This document shows, piece by piece, positions 1 through 8,367 of a DNA stretch of 32,000 bases. Each line of letters starts with the position of its first letter. Positions within the stretch are counted from its first letter, which is position 1. The notes below the pieces were generated by a model, which searched no databases, was not told where the DNA came from, and was given only the letters and a program-made list of their open reading frames with translations. This stretch comes from Wolbachia endosymbiont of Drosophila innubila. Its GTDB lineage: Bacteria; Pseudomonadota; Alphaproteobacteria; Rickettsiales; Anaplasmataceae. The translations under genes and the position numbers were made by a program. The DNA is taken from positions 1,140,001 to 1,172,000 of the forward strand of contig NZ_CP076228.1 in assembly GCF_021378375.1 (NCBI RefSeq). Direction: 5' to 3'.

Positions 1-695
1 AAGGCACACCACAAGGTGGTATAGTAAGCCCTGTATTAGCTAATATATACTTACACTATGTGCTGGACTTATGGTTTGAAAAGAAATTTAAGCCAAAAGC
101 CAGAGGATATTTACAGCTAATAAGGTTTTGCGACGATTTTGTAGTTGGCTGCGAGAGGAAGAAGACGCAAAAGAATTTCTAGAATTACTGAAACAAAGAC
201 TAAGTAAATTTGGGTTGGAAATAGCTGAAAATAAAACAAAAATAGTAAAGTTTGGTAAGAAAGAATGGTATCAAGCAGAAAGAGAGAAACGTAGGACGGC
301 TAGCTTCAACTTTCTAGGATTTACACATTATTGTGGAAAAGTCGTAATGGTAAACTTATGATGAAGCAGAAAACTTCAAAAATAAGCCTAGCCAGAAAGA
401 TTAAAAGAAATCAAAGAATGGTTGAAGATGGTACGAAGTCGTATCTGTTTCAAAGATTGGTGGCAGAAACTTAAAAGCCAAACTAACAGGACACTATAGC
501 TACTTCGGAGTTAGCGGAAATTATCGGTGTTTGATTCAATTCTATCGACCGGTAACAAAGTTAGCATTTAAGTGGATAAACCGACGTAGTCAAAAGAAAA
601 GTATGGATTGGGAACAATTTATACACTATTTAAAAGTAAATCCATTACCAAAACCAAAGGTATATGTTTCTTTATACACAGGAGCACTAGTGTGA
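1..695 (+). pseudogene. Group II intron reverse transcriptase/maturase, frameshifted
   Basis: Encodes the same residues as the intact RT at 30513-31826 (e.g. EREEDAKEFLELLKQRLSKFGLEIAENKTKIVKFGKKEWYQAEREKRRTASFNFLGFTHYCGK). The frame is broken by G3->G2 at 157-158, A5->A4 at 337-340, A3->A4 at 403-406 and A3->A4 at 473-476. The original stop TGA is at 693-695. Confidence 0.85.
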
Positions 696-708
696 ACGCT
701 GTATTGTG

Positions 709-741
709 GAGCCGTGTGCGGGAAATCCGCAAGCACGGTTC
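709..741 (+). ncRNA. Group II intron ribozyme domain V (copy A)
   Basis: GAGCCGTGTGCGGGAAATCCGCAAGCACGGTTC has the AGC catalytic triad, a GAAA tetraloop and an AA bulge on the 3' strand, and lies just after the RT stop as expected. Confidence 0.85.
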
Positions 742-1033
742 TTTTGGGGAGACTATGGTTATGAGACCAAATCGCTGGTTTCAAGGTCATGAGTCTCTAC
801 CAGACTAAGATAAATCGAAGCATTTTTGTGGAAATAAAGCGAAATATGGAAGACAAAAGATAAATGCATTCTGAAAGGCTACACAGCATGTTCGTCCCGC
901 TAATTAATAATATCTTTATTATTGTATGAGATAGGTAATTTAGCATTTATGAATTTGTAATGTGTTGCATATAGCTCAAAGAAATAAGGTTTACTGGTTA
1001 CACGCTGCAGCCAATGCCACAACACTAGGACCT

Positions 1034-1837
1034 ATGTTTATCTGCATGTTAATTTGCGTTGTGATTTTATGGAGGTCTTCTGTTACCTATGCTAGTGAAA
1101 ATTTGGAGATACAGAAGGCCTTTGATAGTGTTGTCAAGCATATAAAAGCTGATAAAAAATATAAAGATCTTGATGTTATTGAGAGAAAAAGTGATAAATT
1201 TAACATCAAAATTGCGCAGAATTCTGGCAAGAGTTTTGACATATACTCTACTTTAAAAAAAGCAAAAGATTCCTTTGAATCAGGAGATAATGAAACAGCT
1301 ATTTCTCTCCTTAATCAGATCATTGCAAAGTTTCCTTATCATAAAAATGCTTTAATTGGATTGGGAAATATTTATTACGCTAATAAAGAATACAAAAAAG
1401 CTGTAGAGATTTACACAAGACTGTTAAAAGAACACCCTAGTAACCCTTACATATTAAAAAATTTTCTGACGATAATCTCACAATATAATCCTGATCTGGC
1501 GTTGAGTGAAATGTTAAAATTGTATGATATACATAAAAATTATGCTCCTTTATTAGCAAATTTAGGTATGATCTATATGAAAAAGGAGGATTATGTAAAA
1601 GGTAAAGAGTATATGATAACTGCTATTTCCCTCGATGAAAACAATATTTTTTATACTTATAATTTAGCTGTTATTCTAGATAAACTTTCAGATTTTCAAA
1701 ATGCTACAATATTCTACTTAAAATTGTTGAACATGGCTACAACTTCGAAAGATGTGAGTGAAAAAATACCTTTATACAAAGTGACAGCAAGACTAAAATT
1801 TATAAAACTTCACAGCACGCACTCAAAGATTTCATAA
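1034..1837 (+). CDS. TPR-repeat protein with N-terminal signal/anchor
   Basis: The ORF is open from GTG 962; ATG 1034 gives MFICMLICVVILWRSSVTYA, which is signal-like. Several 34-aa TPR-like units are present (AISLLNQIIAKFPYHKNALIGLGNIYYANKEYKKAVEIYTRLLKEHPSNP...). Confidence 0.7.
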   Translation: MFICMLICVVILWRSSVTYASENLEIQKAFDSVVKHIKADKKYKDLDVIERKSDKFNIKIAQNSGKSFDIYSTLKKAKDSFESGDNETAISLLNQIIAKFPYHKNALIGLGNIYYANKEYKKAVEIYTRLLKEHPSNPYILKNFLTIISQYNPDLALSEMLKLYDIHKNYAPLLANLGMIYMKKEDYVKGKEYMITAISLDENNIFYTYNLAVILDKLSDFQNATIFYLKLLNMATTSKDVSEKIPLYKVTARLKFIKLHSTHSKIS

Positions 1838-1924
1838 AAGCTTATAGCTCACCTAAATCTAATTTATCGTATCTGTTCAAGGGAGTGGCTAATGTGCAAA
1901 TATTGAAGCAAAGTGTGTGAAACA

Positions 1925-2193
1925 CAGATGTACGAACATTTGTTTGCAAAGGTAATTTACACAACAAATGCATAACTGTACGAACATTGTGATTTTGGCC
2001 CATCAGGAGGGTGTCATCCCAGTGCTTGACACCGGGATCCAGGAATTTTATTAAGTTGGCGAGCATAAAAATAGCTGTTTTATGTAAAAATACAACGTTT
2101 TAATGATTATGAAAAAGCTGGATTCCAGTGTCAAGCACTGGAATGACACCATTCTTTTTTCTGGATCCCAGTGTCGGCTACTTGGATGACACC
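1925..2193. repeat. Palindromic repeat element, composite intergenic copy
   Basis: The gtacgaacatt module occurs twice (1930s and 1977-1987). Core A GGTGTCATCCCAGTGCTTGACACCGGGATCCAGG is at 2009-2042, followed by an AT-rich spacer. Core B CTGGATTCCAGTGTCAAGCACTGGAATGACACC is at 2118-2150, with an extra core at 2161-2193. Bases 1973-2150 align with the reverse complement of 7471-7643. Confidence 0.85.
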
Positions 2194-2342
2194 ATTTATT
2201 GTAAGGACTTACCTCACATTTACTCTATGATTATCTTTTTAGATCACCTTGTCTACCTATTTTGCCACTCTGCTGAACGGATACAATTTATTGCTATTTT
2301 TGTTTACAATAATAATATTGAGCTATAGAATTAGATCTAAAG

Positions 2343-2415
2343 GGGCAATTAGCTCAGCTGGTAGAGCATCTCGTTTACACCGAGGAGGTCGGCAGTTCAA
2401 GTCTGTCATTGCCCA
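2343..2415 (+). tRNA. tRNA-Val (anticodon UAC)
   Basis: Hand-folded cloverleaf: acceptor GGGCAAT/ATTGCCC, D arm GCTC-AGCTGGTA-GAGC, anticodon arm TCTCG-TTTACAC-CGAGG (anticodon TAC), variable AGGTC, T arm GGCAG-TTCAAGT-CTGTC, discriminator A. Length is 73 nt and no CCA is encoded. Confidence 0.9.
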
Positions 2416-2467
2416 TTTGCTTAACTGAATGTTAGTATTATTAATTACTTCAATTAAAGTATAGAAA

Positions 2468-5170
2468 ATGCAGGATAATATAGTACCAATCTCAATAGTA
2501 AAAGAGCTGGAAGATTCTTATCTTTCCTACGCAATGAGCGTTATCATAAGCCGGGCTATACCTGACGTGCGGGATGGATTTAAACCTGTTCACAGGCGCA
2601 TATTATATGCAATGTCAAGAGCTGGATTCGATGCCGGTAAGCCATATAAAAAGGCAGCTCGTATAGTTGGGGATGTAATGGGGAAATATCACCCACATGG
2701 TGATGCAGCTATTTACGATTCCTTGGTTAGAATGGCCCAAGATTTCTCTCTTCTTTTACCACTTGTTGATGGGCAAGGTAACTTTGGTTCGATAGATGGA
2801 GATCCACCAGCTTCAATGCGATACACAGAAGCAAGACTTCAAAAAGTGTCGCACTTTTTACTGAATGATATTGATGAAGATACAGTTAATTTTAGGCCAA
2901 ACTACGATGGAAATGAAACAGAACCAGTTGTGCTGCCTGCAGAGTTTCCGAATCTATTGGTAAACGGTGCAAGTGGTGTTGCAGTTGGTATGGCAACCAA
3001 TATTCCTTCTCATAATCTTGGAGAAATAATAGATGCTTGTATATTATATGTAAATAATCCTGAAGTTACTTTGGATGAGTTACTTGAAGTGATGCCAGGG
3101 CCGGATTTTCCAACTGGGGGAACAATTCTTGGAAGGTCTGGAATAAGATCAGCATTTGCAACTGGTCGTGGATCAATTGTTGTGCAAGGCAAGACTCATA
3201 TAGAAGATCTGCCACAAGATAGGCAAGCAATAGTGATTGATGAAATACCTTACCAGGTAAATAAAGTAAAATTAATTGAGAAGATAGGTGAGCTTGTAAA
3301 AGAAAAAAGAATTGATGGTATAACAGAAATTAGGGATGAGTCCGATAAGTCTGGTATTAGAGTAGTAATTGACCTCAAAAGAAATGCTGAAGCAAGTTTT
3401 ATACTTAATCAAATATTGGGGCTAACTCCACTAAGAAGTAGTTTTAGTGTTAACACTTTAGTGCTCAATAACAACAGGCCTGCTTTGATGTCATTGAAAG
3501 AAATCATAACTGCTTTTGTTGATTTTAGAAAAGAAGTATTAATCAGGAGAACAGAATTTCGTCTAAGAAAAACGAGGGAAAAAGCTCATATATATATAGG
3601 GCTCTACATTGCGGTCCTCAGCATAGATGAAGTGATAAAAATCATCCGCGGTGCAAAAGATCCTGCGGAAGCAAGTAGAGAACTTTTAAATAAAGAATGG
3701 AAAACTTCGAATGAAATCAATACTATTATCGAGTTGATTTCAGATAGCGCAAGCTTTTTGAAAGATGGAGTGTATAGATTAACTGAACTACAAATTAAAG
3801 CTATCCTTGATATGAAACTGCAGCGTTTAACAGGCCTTGAAAAAGACAAATTAGAAGCTGAGCTAAGTTCAATGATCAACCTGATAAAAGAATATATAGC
3901 TTTTCTTGGCTCAGGAGAGAAGTTGATGAAAGAAATAAAAAACAATCTACAAGAAATAAAGAACAGATTTGCTGTGCCGCGAAAAACTTCAATAGAAGAG
4001 TCAGACGCGGACATTGAAGCTGAAGATCTAATTCCACAAGAGGATATGGTGATAACCGTAACTATGAATGGTTATATCAAGCGTGTAAAACTTTCTCACT
4101 ACAGAACTCAGCGTCGTGGTGGAAAAGGAAAGCTAGGACAGGGATTAAAAGAAGAGGATGTAATCACAGAATTATTTGTTGGAAATACCCATACTAGCTT
4201 TTTATTCTTTTCTAACATTGGTCGAGTTTATAGATTAAAAGTTTATAAGTTACCTCTTGCAGAGCCAACCGCACGTGGAAGAGCACTTGTTAACATATTT
4301 CCGCTTAGCGATGGTGAAACTATAACTAATATCATGCCATTGCCAAGTGAAAATGACGAAAATCAAAACATAGTTTTTGCTACTGCCTATGGAAACATAA
4401 GGCGTAACTCCTTAGCGGACTTTCACTATATTCCAAGCAATGGAAAAATAGCAATAAAGCTCGATGAAGGAGACAAATTAGTATCGGTTAAGGTATGTAA
4501 TGAAATTGACCATGTTTTACTTTCAACAACGCTTGGAAAAAGTATCAGATTTGTTGTAAGTGATGTGCGTCAATTTAAGAGTCGCAATTCAGATGGCGTA
4601 AGAGGTATCAAACTTGTAAAGAATGACAGCGTGATATCCATGACCATATTAAATGGGATAGGTGTAGCAACAGAAACAAAAGAACTTTACTTAAAAGTTC
4701 CACTTGCAAAAAGACTGGGGACTGCAATTAATAACTCCATTGATTCTAAATTGGAAAAGACTTTGAATGATTTAGGAATAGATAACGAATTATTCTTAAA
4801 ACTTGCAGTGAATGAGGAGTTTATATTAACTATTACTGAAAATGGCTTTGGTAAAAGAACTTCTGCGTATGAGTATAGAGTAACTAACAGGGGTGGTGTT
4901 GGTATCACCAATATTCTTACTACTAGCAGAAACGGTAATGTTGTTGCTAGTTTTCCAGTTGAGCAGGGTGATAATATAATGCTTATTACAGATAAAGGAA
5001 AGTTAATTCGCATTTCGGTCAATGAGATTAGAATTGCAGGACGCAGCACTCAAGGAGTCACTCTGTTTAAAACAGAAAGTAGAGAAAAAGTGGTGTCAGT
5101 AGCGAAAATTGAAGATCCTGATTCCACTGAAGATAGTATTTTTGAAGTTGAAAACTCTATCGCTTCTTAA
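2468..5170 (+). CDS. gyrA: DNA gyrase subunit A
   Basis: 900 aa with N-terminal GyrA motifs ([20 protein letters not shown], active-site region [21 protein letters not shown]) and C-terminal beta-pinwheel repeats. Confidence 0.97.
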   Translation: MQDNIVPISIVKELEDSYLSYAMSVIISRAIPDVRDGFKPVHRRILYAMSRAGFDAGKPYKKAARIVGDVMGKYHPHGDAAIYDSLVRMAQDFSLLLPLVDGQGNFGSIDGDPPASMRYTEARLQKVSHFLLNDIDEDTVNFRPNYDGNETEPVVLPAEFPNLLVNGASGVAVGMATNIPSHNLGEIIDACILYVNNPEVTLDELLEVMPGPDFPTGGTILGRSGIRSAFATGRGSIVVQGKTHIEDLPQDRQAIVIDEIPYQVNKVKLIEKIGELVKEKRIDGITEIRDESDKSGIRVVIDLKRNAEASFILNQILGLTPLRSSFSVNTLVLNNNRPALMSLKEIITAFVDFRKEVLIRRTEFRLRKTREKAHIYIGLYIAVLSIDEVIKIIRGAKDPAEASRELLNKEWKTSNEINTIIELISDSASFLKDGVYRLTELQIKAILDMKLQRLTGLEKDKLEAELSSMINLIKEYIAFLGSGEKLMKEIKNNLQEIKNRFAVPRKTSIEESDADIEAEDLIPQEDMVITVTMNGYIKRVKLSHYRTQRRGGKGKLGQGLKEEDVITELFVGNTHTSFLFFSNIGRVYRLKVYKLPLAEPTARGRALVNIFPLSDGETITNIMPLPSENDENQNIVFATAYGNIRRNSLADFHYIPSNGKIAIKLDEGDKLVSVKVCNEIDHVLLSTTLGKSIRFVVSDVRQFKSRNSDGVRGIKLVKNDSVISMTILNGIGVATETKELYLKVPLAKRLGTAINNSIDSKLEKTLNDLGIDNELFLKLAVNEEFILTITENGFGKRTSAYEYRVTNRGGVGITNILTTSRNGNVVASFPVEQGDNIMLITDKGKLIRISVNEIRIAGRSTQGVTLFKTESREKVVSVAKIEDPDSTEDSIFEVENSIAS

Positions 5171-5262
5171 CCGTAGTATAGGTTAAACAAAAAGCGCAAG
5201 TTTTTGTTGATTAATACGCAGTATTTAAATTAAAATATATACTTATGGCTAAGTAAAGATCA

Positions 5263-5862
5263 ATGGACAAAAAATTAACTAAAAATAAAAAACCACTGGC
5301 AGACAAAGAGGATAAAAAAACACCTCCTGTTAAAGGTCTTACTAAAAATAAGAGTAGGAGAGATTTTATAACATTAACTACATGCGCTATGGCAGGTATA
5401 GGAGCTGCAAGCGGACTTTGGCCACTGGTTAAATCTATGAATCCTTCTGCTGAAGTTCTAGCAACTTCCACAGTGGAGGTGAATTTGTCTGGAATTCAGG
5501 AAGGACACGGAGTAAAAGTAAAGTGGCAAGGTAAACCAGTATTCATTCGTAGACGCACAAAGCAAGAAATTGAGGCTGCAAGAGCTGTGAATGTGAAGAG
5601 CTTGAGGGATCCTCAATTAGATGAGCAGAGAGTATACGAAGGAAAAGACGAATGGTTAATTATGCTTGGAATATGTACACATCTTGGGTGTGTACCGGTT
5701 GACCACGCTACAAGAGATGGTAATGGTTGGTTCTGTCCTTGCCACGGTTCATATTATGATACATCAGGTCGAGTAATTGGGGGTCCTGCACCGAAAAATA
5801 TGGCTGTACCTGATTATTTTTTTCCCAGTGAGAATGTTGTGGTAATTGGCAAGAAGGCTTAA
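5263..5862 (+). CDS. petA: Ubiquinol-cytochrome c reductase Rieske iron-sulfur subunit
   Basis: Tat-like SRRDFITL plus a TM anchor, and Rieske boxes CTHLGCVP and CPCHGSYYD. Confidence 0.93.
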   Translation: MDKKLTKNKKPLADKEDKKTPPVKGLTKNKSRRDFITLTTCAMAGIGAASGLWPLVKSMNPSAEVLATSTVEVNLSGIQEGHGVKVKWQGKPVFIRRRTKQEIEAARAVNVKSLRDPQLDEQRVYEGKDEWLIMLGICTHLGCVPVDHATRDGNGWFCPCHGSYYDTSGRVIGGPAPKNMAVPDYFFPSENVVVIGKKA

Positions 5863-5880
5863 CGAATATAAATAAACTCG

Positions 5881-8205
5881 TTAAAAAAAACTCACAGGAT
5901 CAACATCTATTATCACTGCAATACTCGAATTCAAGTTACAATTTTTAATCCAATATTTCAGCTTTTTTTGTATGGATAGACTATGCTTATTGTGTATTTT
6001 TAATAATACCCTATACCGATACTTATTATTTAAAAAATTTATCGCTGCTGGTGATGGGCCAAGAATTTCAAATTCCTTTTTGTCTACACCTACATTTTTT
6101 TCCTGGATACAAATAGTTGAGCTACTTGAATGACAGAGAAGAGATTTTACTATTTCATTCGCTGCTTTTTGTGTTGCAATCTGATTCTTACCACAGATTA
6201 TAAGCGCTATTAATCTGCTAAATGGTGGCATTTTGGCTTCGCGTCTTGACTTAAGTTCGATTTCATAAAATGAGTCTCTTTTTTGATGCAGCAATGCTTT
6301 TATTATTGAATTTTCAGGATTATTGGTTTGCACTATTACCATTCCTTTTTCATTAAACCTTCCTGATCTGCCTGCAACTTGGTGCAATAATTGATACGTC
6401 TTTTCCGCTGCTCTCAAATCAGAATTTTCGAGACTCAAATCTGCATTCATTACTCCAACCAAAGTTAATTTGGGAAAATTGTGCCCTTTAGCAATTATTT
6501 GTGTGCCGATTATAATGTTCACCTCTTCTTTCAATATCAAGTCAATTACGTTACTAACCGACTTCTGATCGCTGCTTATCATCGCAGTTTTTGCGTTTGG
6601 TATTAATTTCACCATTTCTTCAAGCAACCTTTCAATTCCTATGCCGTAGAGGGACAATGGCTGTTCACTTTGGCAATTAGAGCATTTCTCTGGAAGTTTT
6701 AATTGATAAGAGCAATGATGGCACAAAAGAGCATTTTTTTTCTTGTGATATGTAAGCCAAACAGCACAATTTAAGCAGGAAATTTTATATCCACACTTTT
6801 TACAAATTGCCAGTTGTGCATACCCTCTGCGGTTTAGAAAAAGCATAACCTGCTGTTTTTTCTCTATGGTTTGTTTGATGCTTTCAAAAAGCTCAGAGGA
6901 GATCCATTGCTTGTTGTTCCTCATATCTACTACTTTAATGAGTGGCAATTCTGCACCACCAAATCGTTTAGTTAGCTTTACATGATTGTAATTCCCGTTT
7001 TTAACATGATGAATCGTTTCAAGCAGTGGAGTAGCTGATGATAAAATAATCGGAATATTTTCAAATTTGGCTAAGATTATCGCCATATCTCGAGCATTAT
7101 ATATAATTCCCTGTTCTTGTTTAAAAGATGAGTCGTGCTCTTCATCAACGATAATCAATTTTAGGTTTTTATAAGGCAAAAAAAGTGCTGATCGTGCACC
7201 AATAATTATCTGCGCATTTCCACTTGCTATATTGAGCCAATTATTCCGGCGAGTTTTTGGAGTGAGTCCTGAGTGCCATTCAACTAAGTTTTTTGATATC
7301 TGACCGCGAACACGATTTACCAATTGTGAAGTTAAAACAATTTCAGGTAGGAGGATTAAAATTTGTATATTACCTTCTCCTGATGTCATTTCAACATATT
7401 CTGGTGTCATACTAGTACGTGGCAAAGACGGTATGCTAAATGTTACAGTGGGTTTTGCCTTGAGTATAAAGGTGTCATTCCAGCGCTTGACACTGGAATC
7501 CAGGAATTTTGATTGTAAATTAGGTATTGGTTTTAAGTTAAAATAAACATTTGTAATGAGGTTATATGAAAAACTGGATCCCAGTGTCAGGCTACTCGGA
7601 TAACACCCTCTTGGTAGACCCAAATCACAATGTTCGTACAGTTGTGTCTCTGGGCACTGGGATGGTAAAGTCTGAGCAGCATTTGGAATGGCAGTGTAAT
7701 TCTTAATCAATTGTGCAATCACAGAGAGATAAACTTCCGTTTTTCCAGATCCTGTCTCACCATCAAGCAAAGTCACTGAATACTCATTCAAACTGCTGAT
7801 TATTTTATCACTAGCTACCTGCTGTTCAGGGCTTAATTGGCAACTTATTTCACTTATTTCCTGCTTCTGCTTAGCACAAACCAATTTATCTATGTGATTT
7901 ACTTTTAACACTCCTCCCATTATCACTTTGGCAAGCATACCAACAGGTATTAAGTTATACTGCGCAACCCACTCTGCAAATGCGATCAATTTTGGTCTAA
8001 TATTTGGTAAATCAATTTTTTGCTCAATAAATTTTAATTCTCGGTTACTTTTATCACTGTATTTCCAAACTATTCCGATTAAGCGTTTTTTGCCAAATGG
8101 CACCACTACGTAATCTCCAAGTAAAATCTCAGTATTTTCCTCAATTGCATATGAAAATAACTGATCAATTGGAAGTGGTAGTAATACGTCAACTGTTTTT
8201 GCCAT
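5881..8205 (-). CDS. priA: Primosomal replication-restart helicase PriA, carrying an in-frame repeat insertion
   Basis: Walker A GETGSGKTEVY, DEEH box (IIVDEEHDSSFKQ), the Cys-rich zinc region (CKKCGYKISCLNCAVWLTYHKKKNALLCHHCSY) and helicase C motifs. The ORF is open to 8223, but MAKTVDVLLPLP (ATG 8205) resembles the usual PriA N-terminus. Confidence 0.9.
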   Translation of the reverse strand: MAKTVDVLLPLPIDQLFSYAIEENTEILLGDYVVVPFGKKRLIGIVWKYSDKSNRELKFIEQKIDLPNIRPKLIAFAEWVAQYNLIPVGMLAKVIMGGVLKVNHIDKLVCAKQKQEISEISCQLSPEQQVASDKIISSLNEYSVTLLDGETGSGKTEVYLSVIAQLIKNYTAIPNAAQTLPSQCPETQLYEHCDLGLPRGCYPSSLTLGSSFSYNLITNVYFNLKPIPNLQSKFLDSSVKRWNDTFILKAKPTVTFSIPSLPRTSMTPEYVEMTSGEGNIQILILLPEIVLTSQLVNRVRGQISKNLVEWHSGLTPKTRRNNWLNIASGNAQIIIGARSALFLPYKNLKLIIVDEEHDSSFKQEQGIIYNARDMAIILAKFENIPIILSSATPLLETIHHVKNGNYNHVKLTKRFGGAELPLIKVVDMRNNKQWISSELFESIKQTIEKKQQVMLFLNRRGYAQLAICKKCGYKISCLNCAVWLTYHKKKNALLCHHCSYQLKLPEKCSNCQSEQPLSLYGIGIERLLEEMVKLIPNAKTAMISSDQKSVSNVIDLILKEEVNIIIGTQIIAKGHNFPKLTLVGVMNADLSLENSDLRAAEKTYQLLHQVAGRSGRFNEKGMVIVQTNNPENSIIKALLHQKRDSFYEIELKSRREAKMPPFSRLIALIICGKNQIATQKAANEIVKSLLCHSSSSTICIQEKNVGVDKKEFEILGPSPAAINFLNNKYRYRVLLKIHNKHSLSIQKKLKYWIKNCNLNSSIAVIIDVDPVSFF
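7375..7698. repeat. Palindromic-element insertion translated within priA (about 108 codons)
   Basis: Lies between ...IAQLIKN (7699-7719) and GNIQILILLPEI (7339-7374), which are adjacent in canonical PriA. Cores are at 7471-7504 and 7574-7607, the gtacgaaca module at 7623-7643 and a partial core at 7648-7665. Confidence 0.85.
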
Positions 8206-8367
8206 AGTGATTGAGTTTAACATTGTTTTAAAGAGCTTGTAACTTTATTAAGCTTGGCAATATAGATGAATCGGTACAGAGAAAATCTTAACGTTTAACA
8301 CATTTCTCATAGTACAGACCGTATGATTGATAAATAAAATGATTTATAGAATTTGTGGAGGCTACCA

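Larger units (their letters stand above)
1..805 (+). mobile_element. Group II intron, copy A (3' portion; 5' end lies off-window)
   Basis: Bases 1-805 equal the reverse complement of 30403-31207 except for four 1-nt homopolymer indels. The segment carries RT/maturase coding remnants and a canonical ribozyme domain V. The match to copy B stops exactly after ...CTACCAGAC (AY 3' end) at 805. Confidence 0.9.

Noticed and set aside
608-808. 66-67 aa ORF MGTIYTLFKSK..., duplicated at 30397-30600
   Set aside because: It overlaps the 3' end of the intron RT in another frame and runs through ribozyme domains V and VI. Its duplication is explained by the intron copies.
1842-2328. ORFs 1842-2066 (-) and 2128-2328 (+), and ORF 24336-24527 (+)
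   Set aside because: Their translations (FLDPGVKHWDDT, LDPSVGYLDDT, SCQCLTLAS...) are simply the stop-free frames of the palindromic repeat cores. They have no ribosome-binding sites and lie in intergenic repeat clusters.
3010-5049. Antisense ORFs inside gyrA (3010-3192, 3604-4014, 4687-5049). Similar shadow ORFs lie opposite priA, the acidic protein, murA, fabF (13950-14495), acpP, hslU (17849-18439), hslV (18897-19340), gshA, hemH, recR (25255-25743), the KAP gene, the Ser-rich gene and the SH3 gene.
   Set aside because: Each lies wholly within and opposite a well-supported conserved gene. They have low-complexity, hydrophobic, junk-like translations and no start-site signals. This is typical of frames left open by codon bias.
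5211-5471. 86-aa minus-strand ORF overlapping the petA start
   Set aside because: It is antisense to the Tat-signal and TM region of a clearly real petA, with no independent support.
5263-5862. petA is not followed by cytochrome b/c1 genes (orphan Rieske gene, convergent with priA)
   Set aside because: Scrambling of operons is common in these reduced, repeat-rich genomes. Without the rest of the genome, I cannot show this is anything more than normal lineage-specific gene order.
5859-5884. Hairpin TTAACGA-N12-TCGTTAA between convergent petA and priA as a terminator
   Set aside because: It is an AT-rich 7-bp stem overlapping both stop codons. The T/A runs are on the wrong side for either gene, so there is not enough support.
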